From NCBI GenBank assembly GCA_963708605.1, contig CAVPTG010000013.1:140748-204747 (forward strand): a DNA stretch of 64,000 nucleotides, written 5' to 3'. The DNA comes from Candidatus Dormiibacterota bacterium (GTDB taxonomy: Bacteria; Chloroflexota; Dormibacteria; Aeolococcales; Aeolococcaceae). The notes beneath the pieces were generated by a model that searched no databases, was not told where the DNA came from, and was given only the letters and a program-made list of their open reading frames with translations. The position numbers and the translations under genes were made by a program. Positions 20,801 to 30,500 of this stretch are shown here, in pieces. Positions within the stretch are counted from its first letter, which is position 1. Each line of letters opens with the position of its first letter.

Positions 20801-22632
20801 TTGCCCGACGGATTGGGGCAGGCGGCCTGATCCCAGAGGTCGACGATGCGCGTCCCGGAGTTGGTCTGGAAATCGGGGTTGCTGAGGTCGATGCCCGTAT
20901 CGACAACTCCAACCACTGTGCCTTGCCCCCCATCGCCGCTGAACGTCGGCGGCGCCGGCGAGTGGAAGATCGTCGGTGCGTAGTCCTGCGCAAGTGTGCA
21001 GGCACCAGTGATGTACACGCCGGTTCCGGACACGGCGGGTTGAGCTGAATCTGCGAGCGCAGTGTTGGCCAATTGCACCTCCGCGCCGGTGGATTCGGAC
21101 CATCCCGACAAGGTGGCAGCCGAGTTGAGGTAGACAGCTCCGTTGCTCGCAACCAGTGCTTGCCCACCTTGATAGACTTGGGGCTGGGTCCAGGCGAGAG
21201 CACCCGTGTCGGCGTCAAACGCCGTGATGTGTGTGGTTCCAGCCGCGGCGACCGTAAAGACGCGGCCATTGTCGTATGCGAGCCCTGAGAACGCGCTGGT
21301 GCCCAACGAGATGGGTCCCCAAGCGACTGAACCGTCGGATTCGTTCAGTGCGTACAGCGAGGCTTCGCCGAAAGCCGGAGGCACAGCCGAGGCCTGCGCG
21401 ATGACATAAACCAAGCCCCCTGCTATCAGCGGGTTCGAGACGGTCGCGCCCAGCGTCACACTCCACTTCGGGCTCGCCGCGAGCGGTGCGGTGAGGCTGT
21501 CTGTCGGCTGGTCGCCGTCATGGCCTGCATTGATCTGATACGCAACATCGGTATCGGAGGAAACCGACACAGTCGTGTCACCGAAAGCCGTGAGTGTCCC
21601 GGTTGCAGGCACCACCAACAGGCCCCCGCCCGCTCCAAGTCCGGACGGCAATCCATGGCCGCTGGCCTCGTCCTCCTTGGGCGGTGAAATCGGGGCGCCA
21701 GCATTGCCAGCCCAGATGGGTGTGTTCAGCATGGTCCCGTTGCCGGCCTCCGGTAGCGCGAACACCTTTCCCGAGCCCGCCCCTACATACACATTTCCAT
21801 TCACCACAATCGGTGCCGTGATCGGGGCCGAGCTCGGGCTCCCGTCTCCGGAGAACGTCCAGAGCGCGGTGCCGCTCGCATTGCGCGCAGTCAGCACGCC
21901 TGCGCTGACGTAGAACCCGGTCGTCCCATCGAAGGCCGGCGCAAGGTCGGCAGTGAACGTGCCGACATCGAGGCCCGTCGTTGCATTGAGGATGAAGTTC
22001 CCCTCCTGCACGTTTCTATCGTAGAGGAGCCCGTCATGAAGGACAGGCACGCGAGCGGCGTTGATCGAACAGTTCGCGCCGGTCTCCCAGACAACCTTGC
22101 CACCCTCGGAGGTCATATACGGTCCATCCGAGCCTCCGGTGCCGGACCACAAATGAGGGACACCTGCATTGCTTACGTGCCCTGGTTCCGACGCGTGAAT
22201 TGCAGGAACGCTCATATCGAGCTGTTTCGTAGCCTGGCCGGCAAGTTCCACCTCGGTGATCCCTGGCAGCGCCGCCAGGAGTTTCAACTCAGCGAGGGTT
22301 GCATCGGCGGTGGCGCCGACCCTGAGCACGGTGCCTGGCACGGCGCCCGTCTGAGCGATCGCCTCGGCAGTTGTCGTGCCCCGAATGAACACACCGTATG
22401 TCGTGCCCTGCTTGGTCGCCCTGCCCCGTAGCCACGCCGCCGGGAGTTTGCGGCCATGCACGGTTGCCGAAATGGCGGCCTCGGCCAGCGGCCCGAGGGT
22501 AGCGTGATGTCCGCGCGCAACCGGCGCTGGCGCCGCGACGCCGCTCAGTGGCTGCGACTGCGACCACACTGCGGTCGCCATCAGCGCAGCCACCAGAACA
22601 TAGGCGAAACGCTTCACGGAGAACTCCCTCAC
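17839..22632 (-). CDS. Giant secreted multidomain protein: PQQ-like beta-propeller + S8 subtilisin-like protease (with insertions) + IPT/TIG domain + three C-terminal CDTR...GWF repeats
   Basis: Signal peptide; S8 catalytic triad contexts VVGVVDTGID, DCDGHGTHVAGIAAS and GTSMASPHVAGALALL; PQQ-type repeats; three ~125-aa C-terminal repeats. Confidence 0.85.
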   Translation of the reverse strand: MREFSVKRFAYVLVAALMATAVWSQSQPLSGVAAPAPVARGHHATLGPLAEAAISATVHGRKLPAAWLRGRATKQGTTYGVFIRGTTTAEAIAQTGAVPGTVLRVGATADATLAELKLLAALPGITEVELAGQATKQLDMSVPAIHASEPGHVSNAGVPHLWSGTGGSDGPYMTSEGGKVVWETGANCSINAARVPVLHDGLLYDRNVQEGNFILNATTGLDVGTFTADLAPAFDGTTGFYVSAGVLTARNASGTALWTFSGDGSPSSAPITAPIVVNGNVYVGAGSGKVFALPEAGNGTMLNTPIWAGNAGAPISPPKEDEASGHGLPSGLGAGGGLLVVPATGTLTAFGDTTVSVSSDTDVAYQINAGHDGDQPTDSLTAPLAASPKWSVTLGATVSNPLIAGGLVYVIAQASAVPPAFGEASLYALNESDGSVAWGPISLGTSAFSGLAYDNGRVFTVAAAGTTHITAFDADTGALAWTQPQVYQGGQALVASNGAVYLNSAATLSGWSESTGAEVQLANTALADSAQPAVSGTGVYITGACTLAQDYAPTIFHSPAPPTFSGDGGQGTVVGVVDTGIDLSNPDFQTNSGTRIVDLWDQAACPNPSGNSCPAQPPNSQGFTYGAECSQSAIKAAACGPFSYSQYGPDPCDTPVGVVGSAPESLPEEDCDGHGTHVAGIAASDGRAASWGTYIGVAPESDLVIVKNDGNLAHIVDGVAYIFKVAGSRGEPASVNISLGTNVGPHDGSDIFETMLDALTGPGKLVSVAGGNEATNDPSFHYHASGTVAFGQVRTDGLVAQAMPIFLDLWYPGANSISAAINEPGHGQTAWVSPDTTGVSGEGGACTQPTPGGDEFTDTQGNVLEILSCTHMPSNGMNEIQIALFNANSGGAAGLISPADGIDCSVTFPCFNDFQVLLRGNTTPSGEYNAWTFDQGDYFFYVGDGNDNSTLDEPASAHDVIAVGSYVSRNSWPSYLGTQTDSSVVGAISSFSGHGPTLDGRTGIDIVAPGEEIGSSLSSVAAEGTIAGDCPAGSFEGCEPSDGNHLFLQGTSMASPHVAGALALLLEQQPTIDVAQAKSLLAQSANTTPLTNSRAAPTWGAGKLEVGPGVLTLTPASGPPSGGGTIHITGVDLQPGVAMSLGGHPLTLTSTGTNSWSATVPPSNGAGAAALTITNPDHSTAVDPSAYVYLDPTAYHAITPFRACDTRSASTIPPNQCKGRALGSGGTLNVQITGGVVPAGARSVVVNLTAVNDTNSSTLITAYPTGVARPLASNINIQHSGVATNLAIVQLSAAGAITLYNAVGVADVIVDVEGYFATPVGSGIVPGEFHSIAPLRRCDTRIGCGGRVAGGTWRDVVLSGLPPGAPPSTPSIPSDGTAATAVFNLTATADTQATYLAVAPPNSSDQCPARPLVSNVNPAANQSLPNRVISALGPRNDVCVFNAVGSVDFIIDVDGWFGTGAETTVGALFNSVAPTRICDTRTGSGTECAGETLGGNSTLAIPVAGVHEVPVMSGTPPIAIVANVTAVAGNATTLFTLFPANVVQVPRASDLNALAGEVRANLSIVGVAQSVPSVGDVALYNAFGTINAILDLAGWFQ

Positions 22633-22716
22633 CCACCCTCACCGTTTGCAACTGTTCGACCGCCGCAGCCAGGGTAACCCAGGATCGGGCGAACACCCAC
22701 GAAAACTGGTAACAAG

Positions 22717-22790
22717 TGGGCGGGCCTGGATTCGAACCAGGGACCGTGGGGTTATGAGCCCCCTGCTCTAACCGGCTGAGCTACCCGCCC
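22717..22790 (-). tRNA. tRNA-Met (anticodon CAT)
   Basis: 74-nt cloverleaf GGGCGGGTAGCTCAGCCGGTTAGAGCAGGGGGCTCATAACCCCACGGTCCCTGGTTCGAATCCAGGCCCGCCCA. G1:C72 pair is elongator-like; CCA is not encoded. Confidence 0.85.
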
Positions 22791-22856
22791 TGGCGCGACT
22801 CTATCCCGCCGGCGGCCGGCAGCACGGCCTCAGCGATCTCGGCCACCATAGACGGT

Positions 22857-23444
22857 GTGAGTCAGATCCCTGCCGTTGTCGCCGACTGCGACCGCACCTT
22901 CGCGGCCGTCCAACGCCTGGTCGATGCGGTGCAACCCGATCAATGGACGGCATCGACCCCATGCACCGACTGGGACGTGCGTCAACTGCTGAACCATGTC
23001 GCCAACGGCAACGTGATCTTTGCGGGCGTGGCGGATCGCACACGCCCATCGGGTCCCGTCTCACCGGAGGAGCGAGCCGTTGATCGTCTTGGGGACGACC
23101 CCGCAGCCGGATTCCGGGCAACCGGCGCAAGGATGCACGAAGCCTTCCTCACGCCGGGATTCCTTGACGGCACCGTCGATACACCCATGTTGGGTGAACA
23201 GCCTGGAACAACCGTCGTGCACATGCGCATCAACGAGTTGCTCATCCACGGGTGGGATCTCGCTCGCGCGATCGGACGTACGCCTGACCTCCCCGAGGAT
23301 CTTGCCGAGGGTGCGCTGATCCTGTGGCAGACGCGTCTTGCGGACAGACCCCGTGAGGGCATGCCATTCGGGGTCCCGGAACCTGTCGCCGACGACGCGC
23401 CCGCAATTGACCGGCTCGCAGCCTTTCTGGGACGGAAGCCCTGA
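22857..23444 (+). CDS. TIGR03086-like DinB/mycothiol-dependent maleylpyruvate isomerase N-terminal domain protein
   Basis: Family-typical N-terminal WTASTPCTDWDVRQLLNH and C-terminal segments. Confidence 0.6.
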   Translation: MSQIPAVVADCDRTFAAVQRLVDAVQPDQWTASTPCTDWDVRQLLNHVANGNVIFAGVADRTRPSGPVSPEERAVDRLGDDPAAGFRATGARMHEAFLTPGFLDGTVDTPMLGEQPGTTVVHMRINELLIHGWDLARAIGRTPDLPEDLAEGALILWQTRLADRPREGMPFGVPEPVADDAPAIDRLAAFLGRKP

Positions 23445-23986
23445 CCACTCCAGCGCCGCACCGACCAAGCAAGGATCAGTACTTCCTGCTGATCGCGCTC
23501 GCCGCCAGAACCCGCGCCGACTGCCTGGGCCGGAGAGTTGGAGCGGTCATCACCCGCGATGCCCGCGTTCTGAGCACAGGCTACAACGGCACCCCATTCG
23601 GGATGCCGAACTGCTCGGAAGGCGGATGCCACCGCTGCTCGCGGCGCGACGACGACCGGCTGCGCGGGGGCGCGTACGACGTCTGCATCTGCGTGCATGC
23701 CGAACAGAACGCACTCCTCACCGCGGCGCGCTTCGGCCAGCAGACGCTCGGCGCCTCGATGACATCCACGATGCAACCCTGCTTCGGCTGCCTCAAGGAG
23801 ATGCTGCAGGCAGGCATCAGCGAGGTCCGCTACCTCCACCCCTGGGACCCGATGGAGGCCTATGACGACCGGGCATTGGTCCAGCAATATGCAGCGCTGC
23901 GCGCGCGTTTCGACGCCTTCTCCCAGGTCGGCGACCCGGCGATGGACACCTCGGAACTCTTCGGAGCGTTTCTCGAGCAGAGCTGA
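23441..23986 (+). CDS. dCMP/cytidine deaminase (zinc-dependent)
   Basis: CVHAEQNAL and PCFGCLKEM zinc-binding motifs. Conserved N-terminus KDQYFLLIALAARTRADCLGRRVGAVI lies upstream of the first ATG (23603). The only in-frame start candidate is CTG at 23441, so the start is uncertain. Confidence 0.7.
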   Translation: MTTPAPHRPSKDQYFLLIALAARTRADCLGRRVGAVITRDARVLSTGYNGTPFGMPNCSEGGCHRCSRRDDDRLRGGAYDVCICVHAEQNALLTAARFGQQTLGASMTSTMQPCFGCLKEMLQAGISEVRYLHPWDPMEAYDDRALVQQYAALRARFDAFSQVGDPAMDTSELFGAFLEQS

Positions 23987-25651
23987 TCAGGCGCCGGTCT
24001 GGTCGACCAGCTGGACACGTTCGTGCTCGATCGCGGTGGCGAGATCACGAACCCGCGAGAGCGTATCGATATCGGTCGGCGCCTTGTCGTGCCGCCACCT
24101 CGCGATACGAGGAAACCGCAGCGCGAAGCCGGACTTGTGCCGAGCCGAGAACTGCACCGCGTCGAACGCAATCTCGAGGACGATGCGCGGCTCGACGGTG
24201 CGGTAATGACCGTGATCGGCAATCGTGATGTCGAGCAGCAGCGCGGTCATGTCGGCGATCTCGACGTCGGTGAGTCCGGTGTACGCCTTGCCGATGGTCG
24301 CGAGCTCGTCCGTGTCGTCGACGCGCACCGCGAAGGTCACGTCGCTGAGCACGCCGCGGCGCTTGCCGTGACCCCACTCTGCGCCGACGACCACGACGTC
24401 GAGCGTGTCGAGAGGACGCTTGAGCTTGAGCCAGTTGAGCCCGCGCCGGCCCGGTGTGTACGGGGATTCGGGTTGCTTCAACAGCAGTCCTTCGTTCAGT
24501 CGAGCGCGTGCATCCTCGAAGCGTCGTTCGATCTCGGCTTCGCCATGCACCCGCTCGAGGTGAGCGAGCGCGAGCGGATGCGGGACGGTCAGTGCCTCGA
24601 GACGTGCGCGCCGCTCCCGGAGAGGGTGGTCGATGAGCACCTCGTCGTCGACCCGAAGCACGTCCCATGCAACGTAGATCACCGGCACCGCCGCCATCAC
24701 CTCGGCATCCGGCGAGACACGGCCGAGCCGTGTCTGCAGCGCATGGAACGGCATCACGCGCCCATCGCGGAACGCGAGGATCTCGCCGTCGAGCATCACG
24801 TCGGCCCGAAGATGCACAGCCGCATCGGTGATCTCGGGGAACTGGTCCGAGATGTTCTTCAGGTCGCGGCTGTAGAGCGCGGCGTCGCCGCCGTGCCGAT
24901 GGAGCTGACACCTGATTCCGTCATATTTGTCTTCAACCCAGACGTCCTCGCCGAGTCGCGCAACCGCCTCCGCGGCGTCGGCAACCGGGGTTGCGAGCAT
25001 GGACCGGAGCGGCACGAACCAGTGCGGGGCAGCGGCGTCAAGCCGTCCCAAGCGGGCCAGGAGCGCCGCCTCACCGAGGTCACCGGTCAGCATCACCGCA
25101 CGGCTCACCGCATCGGACGGCGCGGAGAACGCAATGGCGATCGCCTCCTCCACGAGCCCTTCGCGCAGCCCGATGCGCAGCTCGCCGGTGATCAGCTTGG
25201 CGATGTAGCGCGCCTCATCCGGGGTCACGCGCCCGAGGAGGGCGCTGAGCCGCGCGTTCCGCTCTTTGGCCACGCGCGCATTCGCGATCTGCGCAAACTC
25301 CTCATCGAGGTCGCGGATCAATATCGGCGCCGTCTCAAGGCCGTCGACGCCGGACAGCAGCTCGCCGGTGACGTCGCCGGTATCCGAGTGCCGCCGCCAG
25401 GCTGCACGGATGGTCGCGTCGTCGGCGCCGCTGACGGCGCGCAGCACCGCGGAGAACGCGGCGCCGCCGATCTGGAGGGTGCGCTGGTCCCCTGCGGGAA
25501 AGACGCCGCCGCCGAAGTAGCGCGCCACCTGCGCGAGCTCGGCTTCATCGGTCGCGGCGAGGAACTGCGCCAGGATCCGCACCTTCTCCGACTTCGAGGA
25601 GGTTCGTGCGATCGCATCGCCGGCGGTCGCCAGCTCGGACAGCGTGGTCAC
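23987..25651 (-). CDS. ATP-dependent DNA ligase
   Basis: Adenylation motif EDKYDGIRCQ and the OB and DNA-binding domains. GTG at 25651 preferred; the 25774 extension is R-rich and would overlap the upstream gene. Confidence 0.85.
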   Translation of the reverse strand: MTTLSELATAGDAIARTSSKSEKVRILAQFLAATDEAELAQVARYFGGGVFPAGDQRTLQIGGAAFSAVLRAVSGADDATIRAAWRRHSDTGDVTGELLSGVDGLETAPILIRDLDEEFAQIANARVAKERNARLSALLGRVTPDEARYIAKLITGELRIGLREGLVEEAIAIAFSAPSDAVSRAVMLTGDLGEAALLARLGRLDAAAPHWFVPLRSMLATPVADAAEAVARLGEDVWVEDKYDGIRCQLHRHGGDAALYSRDLKNISDQFPEITDAAVHLRADVMLDGEILAFRDGRVMPFHALQTRLGRVSPDAEVMAAVPVIYVAWDVLRVDDEVLIDHPLRERRARLEALTVPHPLALAHLERVHGEAEIERRFEDARARLNEGLLLKQPESPYTPGRRGLNWLKLKRPLDTLDVVVVGAEWGHGKRRGVLSDVTFAVRVDDTDELATIGKAYTGLTDVEIADMTALLLDITIADHGHYRTVEPRIVLEIAFDAVQFSARHKSGFALRFPRIARWRHDKAPTDIDTLSRVRDLATAIEHERVQLVDQTGA

Positions 25652-25694
25652 TCGCGGATCATCACCCGCAACGAGCGGCCCGCGTCGCCCGGCG

Positions 25695-27492
25695 CTACCC
25701 CGTCGGGTTGTACACCGGGGGCGGATGCGCCGCACACCCATCGCAGGCCGCCGACCACCAGAGGCTGCCACCACTCCCCTGCCAGAATGCGGCGACCGCG
25801 TTGCTGTACCAACTCACGGCCGACAGCTGCGAGCTCGCCGCGACCTGGTTGAGCTGTTCCGGACCGACCCACCCGTTGTGAGGGTCGTACACCGCGGCGG
25901 CGAGGCTGCCGTTGGCGCGCTGCATCACGACGGTGACCGCGCTCGCAGCCGTCCCAGCCGCGGCCGGCCGGCCCATGCTCGCGGTCGAGTTCCACCTCCA
26001 CCTGCCCGGGACCACCATTCGGGGTCACGCTCGCAGCCCACACCGACCCGGTGCGAGTCCGCCAGATCGCGTCGACGTTGCTGACGCCGGCGGTGACCAC
26101 GGTCGGATCGCTCGCCAGGCCACCTGTGCCGATCTCATGGGCGCCATACCAGCCATAGGCCGCGGAGAGGTCACTCCACAGATTGCCGGCTGCATCTCGC
26201 CATACGATCCCCACCGTCCCATCGGCAGTCGCCACCGCATACGGGTTGCCCAGAACCAGGCCGGAGTTGAGCGGCGTCCCGCCTGACCAGCTCCCGGTGA
26301 ACGTGTTGACCCACAGCTGGCCGTCCACGCTCTTCCAGATGACCTCCATCTCGCCGGGCCCCTGGCTCACCGCGGTCGGAGCGGAGCCGGGAGCGAGCGT
26401 GCCAGTCGGCAACCGCTGCGGGGGCAGCCATGACTCGGCCCCGAAGTAGCCGCTCTGAGACTGCACCTGCCACAGGGCACCGGTGGTGTCCTCCCAGAAG
26501 ACGTCAACCTGGCCCGCCGACGGTGAGACGACGGCGGGGTCAGAGGCGACATCAGCGGGGGTGATGGCCGCAAGCGCAGTCGCCTGCCAGGCGTCGCTGC
26601 GGTAGCGGAGGTCGTGGAGCTTGGCGTCGGTGCCACGCCAGATCACGTCCATATTGCCGGGTTGGTCCGAGACGCTCTGCGGAGTCCCGGCAACGCTCGA
26701 TGTGGTCAGCTCCACCGGCGTCTGCTCGGTCTGGCGGAGCCAGCCGATGATCGGCGTGTACCCGTTGGCGGTGACCAGCGATCCGCTGAGCGGAAAGCGA
26801 TCGGTCCCCGACGAGGTGGCGTTCTGCTCGACGAGATCGACGTATCCGGGGCCGACATCGCGAACGACCGCGACGTGTCCCGAGGCGTCCCAGTAGCGGC
26901 CGAGCCAGCCCGGTGCGAAGATCATCAGGTCGCCCTGCATCGGCGCCACGCCCGCCCCGTTGGCGAATTGCTGCAGGGGGATCGGGAGGTTCGGACCAGC
27001 GCTCCACATCGAGTAGGCCTGACCGCCCCACGTGGCCGGCTCTCCCCAGGCGTAGTACGCGTAGCGAAGCGCGAGCTGGGTGCACTGGAACTCGGGTCCG
27101 AACTCGCATCCGAAGGGGGTGCCGCACCCGACGTCGTCGAACGACGAGCCGTTGCCGTACGCGGTGAGGTTCTGGCAGTTGGTGACCCAGGTGGCCCAGG
27201 TGCACCCGCTGATGAGGGGCTGCCCGTAGTTGCCCGTGCCGGCCGTCTCGGCGGCGAGCATGCCGTGCGTGACCGTCGGCGCCGCGGGCGACGGCGGCGG
27301 GCTCGTGGCGGCAGTCGGCGTCACCGGCGGGGCCGTGAGAGCGACCACGGCACCCACGCTCCAGGCTGCCGTGACCGGCGCCGTGGTGTCCGCGGTGCTC
27401 CTGACCGCAGCTCCGGCGCTCAGGAGCGGAGCGAAGCTCGCGGATCCAGCGAGCAGCGCGGCAAGCGCGAGTCGATGGAAGGCCGAATGCAT
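25695..27492 (-). pseudogene. Secreted CHAP-domain amidase/peptidase with seven tandem W-rich ~45-aa (beta-propeller/lectin-like) repeats; frame discontinuity near 26020
   Basis: Signal peptide; CHAP motifs (GQPLISGCTWATW ... GHVAVVRDV). Repeats of the form xVDVFWxxxxGxLW. The last two repeats and a credible C-terminus (..AFWQGSGGSLWWSAACDGCAAHPPPVYNPTG*) lie in a different frame from the first five. Confidence 0.7.
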
Positions 27493-27593
27493 GCCGGCCC
27501 AGACTGCCAGACGACCTCTGACGTTGCCGTCACGGGGTCGCAACGATCGAGTTCGCCCCCCGGTGACGCCGGCGACCGAGCCGGGTCAGGCGA

Positions 27594-30500
27594 TTACTGG
27601 AACCAGCCCTCGATGTCGACGACCGCGTTGACGCTCCCGGCGGCGTTGTACAGGTCCGCGTCGCCCTGGCCGGCCCCGGCCAGGGGATCGAGCTGCACGA
27701 CCACCAGGTTGGGGAGCACCTCGCCGGTGCTCACGTTGATGTCGGACGCATTCGGGGACCTACCGGGTGTGGCCGGGTACATGACCAGGTACGTCGCGGC
27801 GGTGGGCGCGATGGCCGTGAGGTTGGCGATCACCGCCACCACCGTGGTGCCCGAGGTGACCGAAGGGATCCCGCCCTGCCCGGCCACCGTGATGAGCGAC
27901 GGAGTCGGCGGAGCGATCGCGTGTCCGGCGCAGCCCGGTCCGCCGCCCACTGTCCGGGTGTCGCAGATGCGCGTCGGCTGGATCGCCTGGTACTGGGCGC
28001 CTGCCGCCGCCGTTGAGCTCCCGAACCAGCCGTTGGCGTCGATGACCACATTGATCGAACCGGCGGCATTGAAGACGCACAGCGATGTGGGGTGACCGCC
28101 CGGAGTGGTGGGCCCGAGCTGGACCATGACCCGGTTGGCAGCCACCAATCCCGCGGAGAGGCTGACGTTGGAGAACTGGGGGCCGTGCGTCCCGCTGTAC
28201 GGACACTGGCCGGTCGAGGTGGTCGCCGAGAGGCTGAGGAAGGTATTGGCGGTGCCGGCGACGCCGGTGAGGTTGACGACAACGGCCGACGCGCTCCCGT
28301 CGGCGGGAACACTGTCAGACCCGATCCCGATCCCGGTGACATTGACGAGCATCGCGGCGCCGGGCCCGAGGATGCCGTGCGCTTTGCACGCGGGAGTCGG
28401 CGACATACTCCTCGTGTCGCACACTCGAACCGGCGCGATCGGATGGAATTCGCCGGTGACCGTGCTCGACGGCGCCGGTTCGAAGTATCCCTCGACGTCG
28501 GCGAGGACGTTGACCGTCCCGGCGGCGTTGTAGATGTCGATCGCCCCGCCCTGGCCCAGGGTCACGGTCACCAGGTTGGCAATCACCTTGCCCGCTGCGA
28601 AGTTGAGATTGGAGGCGCGGGGGAGCCCCGTCCCAAACGGATAGACGGTGAGCAGGCTGTTGGCGGTGCCCGCGACCTCGGTCACGTTCAGGACCACCGC
28701 CGTCGAGTCGCTGGGAATCGGCACGCCGAACGCAAGCCCGGTGAGCTGCACCTTCCTGATCGTGCCGGGTCCGAACGTCGGATCCTGCGCGCACTGCACG
28801 CAGCTCGCCGGCCGGGTGTCGAGGATTCGATAGGGCAGGATCGGGTGATAGTTGGCCAGGCCGACGTAGATGTAGCCGGTGCCGACCGTGATCGGGCTCG
28901 TGCCCAGCGAGTCGTGCACCTGCCCTTCGACGAGCCCCGAAGAGCCCGGCGGTGTCGTGAACGTGAACGCGTCGGGAGTGAGCGAGCCGGTTGTCGGCAG
29001 AACCGGCGAGCCGTTGAAGGTGAACGTGCTGTCTGTGCCGAAATCGTAGCCGGCAACAGTGACCAGTTCGCCGCCTGATGCCGGTCCAGCGGCGGGCGAC
29101 AATGACGCGATCACGGGCCCCGCGAACGTGTAGCGGCCGATGTACGTGTTCCAGCACGTGTTCGCGGTCGCGCAATCCGGGACGGTATTGCCGTCGTTCT
29201 CCTCGGAGACGACCCACACGTCAGTGGGGCGCGACGGATCCTGCACTGCTGCGGAATAGTCGCCCCACGCGCACGTCGAGCACGCCGCCGGCTGGTAGAA
29301 GTTGGTGCTCTGGTGCAGCGTGGTCAAGGAGCTCCACACGCCGCCGGTGATCGCTGCGACCATCATCGACTCGAGCGCCGAGCTCGACGACTTGTCGAAT
29401 GTCAAGATGGCATCGCCGGCGCTGTCGAGGGCGAGCGCGGGGTCGTAGAGATACGCACCGCTCACGGACTCCGCTGGGAACTGCGCCGGCGTGCCAACCG
29501 AGGTCCCCGTGGCGGGAATCGACACGATGTTCAGGCACGAGCGGACCTGGCTGTCGCCACCCGGCGTGCACCCCGTATTCCCCGCAACCCAGAGCACGTT
29601 GCCCTGCCACACCGCACTCAAGAAGCTGTCTGTTCCGGTCGTCAGTGTCGCCGCCGTACCGGCTTGCGCGGCCGCGGGCGGAGTGCTCGTCGGCGTTGGC
29701 TCGGGACCGGCCGTGCATGTCACCGTCACGCCGCCGGCGGTCGGAACGCCATTGATGGCAAATACCGCGATGCTGCCCGATACCCGGCCGGAGCAATTGG
29801 CGTTATTCGCAACCGCGTACGCGACTGTCTGTGCGGTCCATGCCTGCGCTGGTTGCAGCCCGATCGGCCCCGGTTCGACGAACGCGTCGCTGTTGGCGGT
29901 GAACGCGCCGCTGATGAAGTCCACTCTCCGGATCACCTCCATCTGACTTGCCACCGGGAGGCCGGTGCTGCAACTCTGGTAGTCGCTGGTCTCGACGAGG
30001 ACACTCCCGGTGATCGCGAGCGAGACCGTCGACAGCTCCACGCCACCGCCGATCTCGGGATCGATGTTGATCTGACCCCGCGTGATCCATGGCAGCGCCG
30101 GGTTCGCCTGCGACAGCATGACCTCCACCTGGCTCACGCACCCCGACAACGTGGGGTTGTACTGCAGCACCATCAGGACGAAGCGCCCGGACACGGGGTC
30201 GTACACCACGTGGGGGTACCGCAGCGAGAAGCCCGACGTGTTGCCCACCATTGCGCTGAGGTTCATGAATATCGGTGATGCACCGGAGCGCGTGGTGACC
30301 TCGAGCGCACTGTTCACCGCTTCGACGATGTTGCTCGGGCCGATCGCAATGCTCGGATCGGCCGGCGAGGTCACGTTGGGATTGCTCGATCCCGCATGCT
30401 CGAGCGCGAGCTGGTCGCTCATCCCCGGCTGATTCTGCAGGAGCGACGGGGAGCTTCCCGCGGCAACCGCCGCAGCGCGCACCGTGGGCGCACCGGTGCG

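Noticed and set aside
17596-22856. tRNA-associated genomic island / prophage
   Set aside because: No integrase, recombinase, direct repeat of the tRNA 3' end or phage genes were found. The block contains only secreted enzymes.
25648-25774. Ligase N-terminal extension to the ATG at 25774
   Set aside because: The extension is R-rich and would overlap the true C-terminus of the upstream CHAP protein (ends 25695). GTG at 25651 gives a conserved N-terminus.
24023-25852. 609-aa plus-strand ORF
   Set aside because: Antisense to the ATP-dependent DNA ligase, which has clear catalytic motifs.
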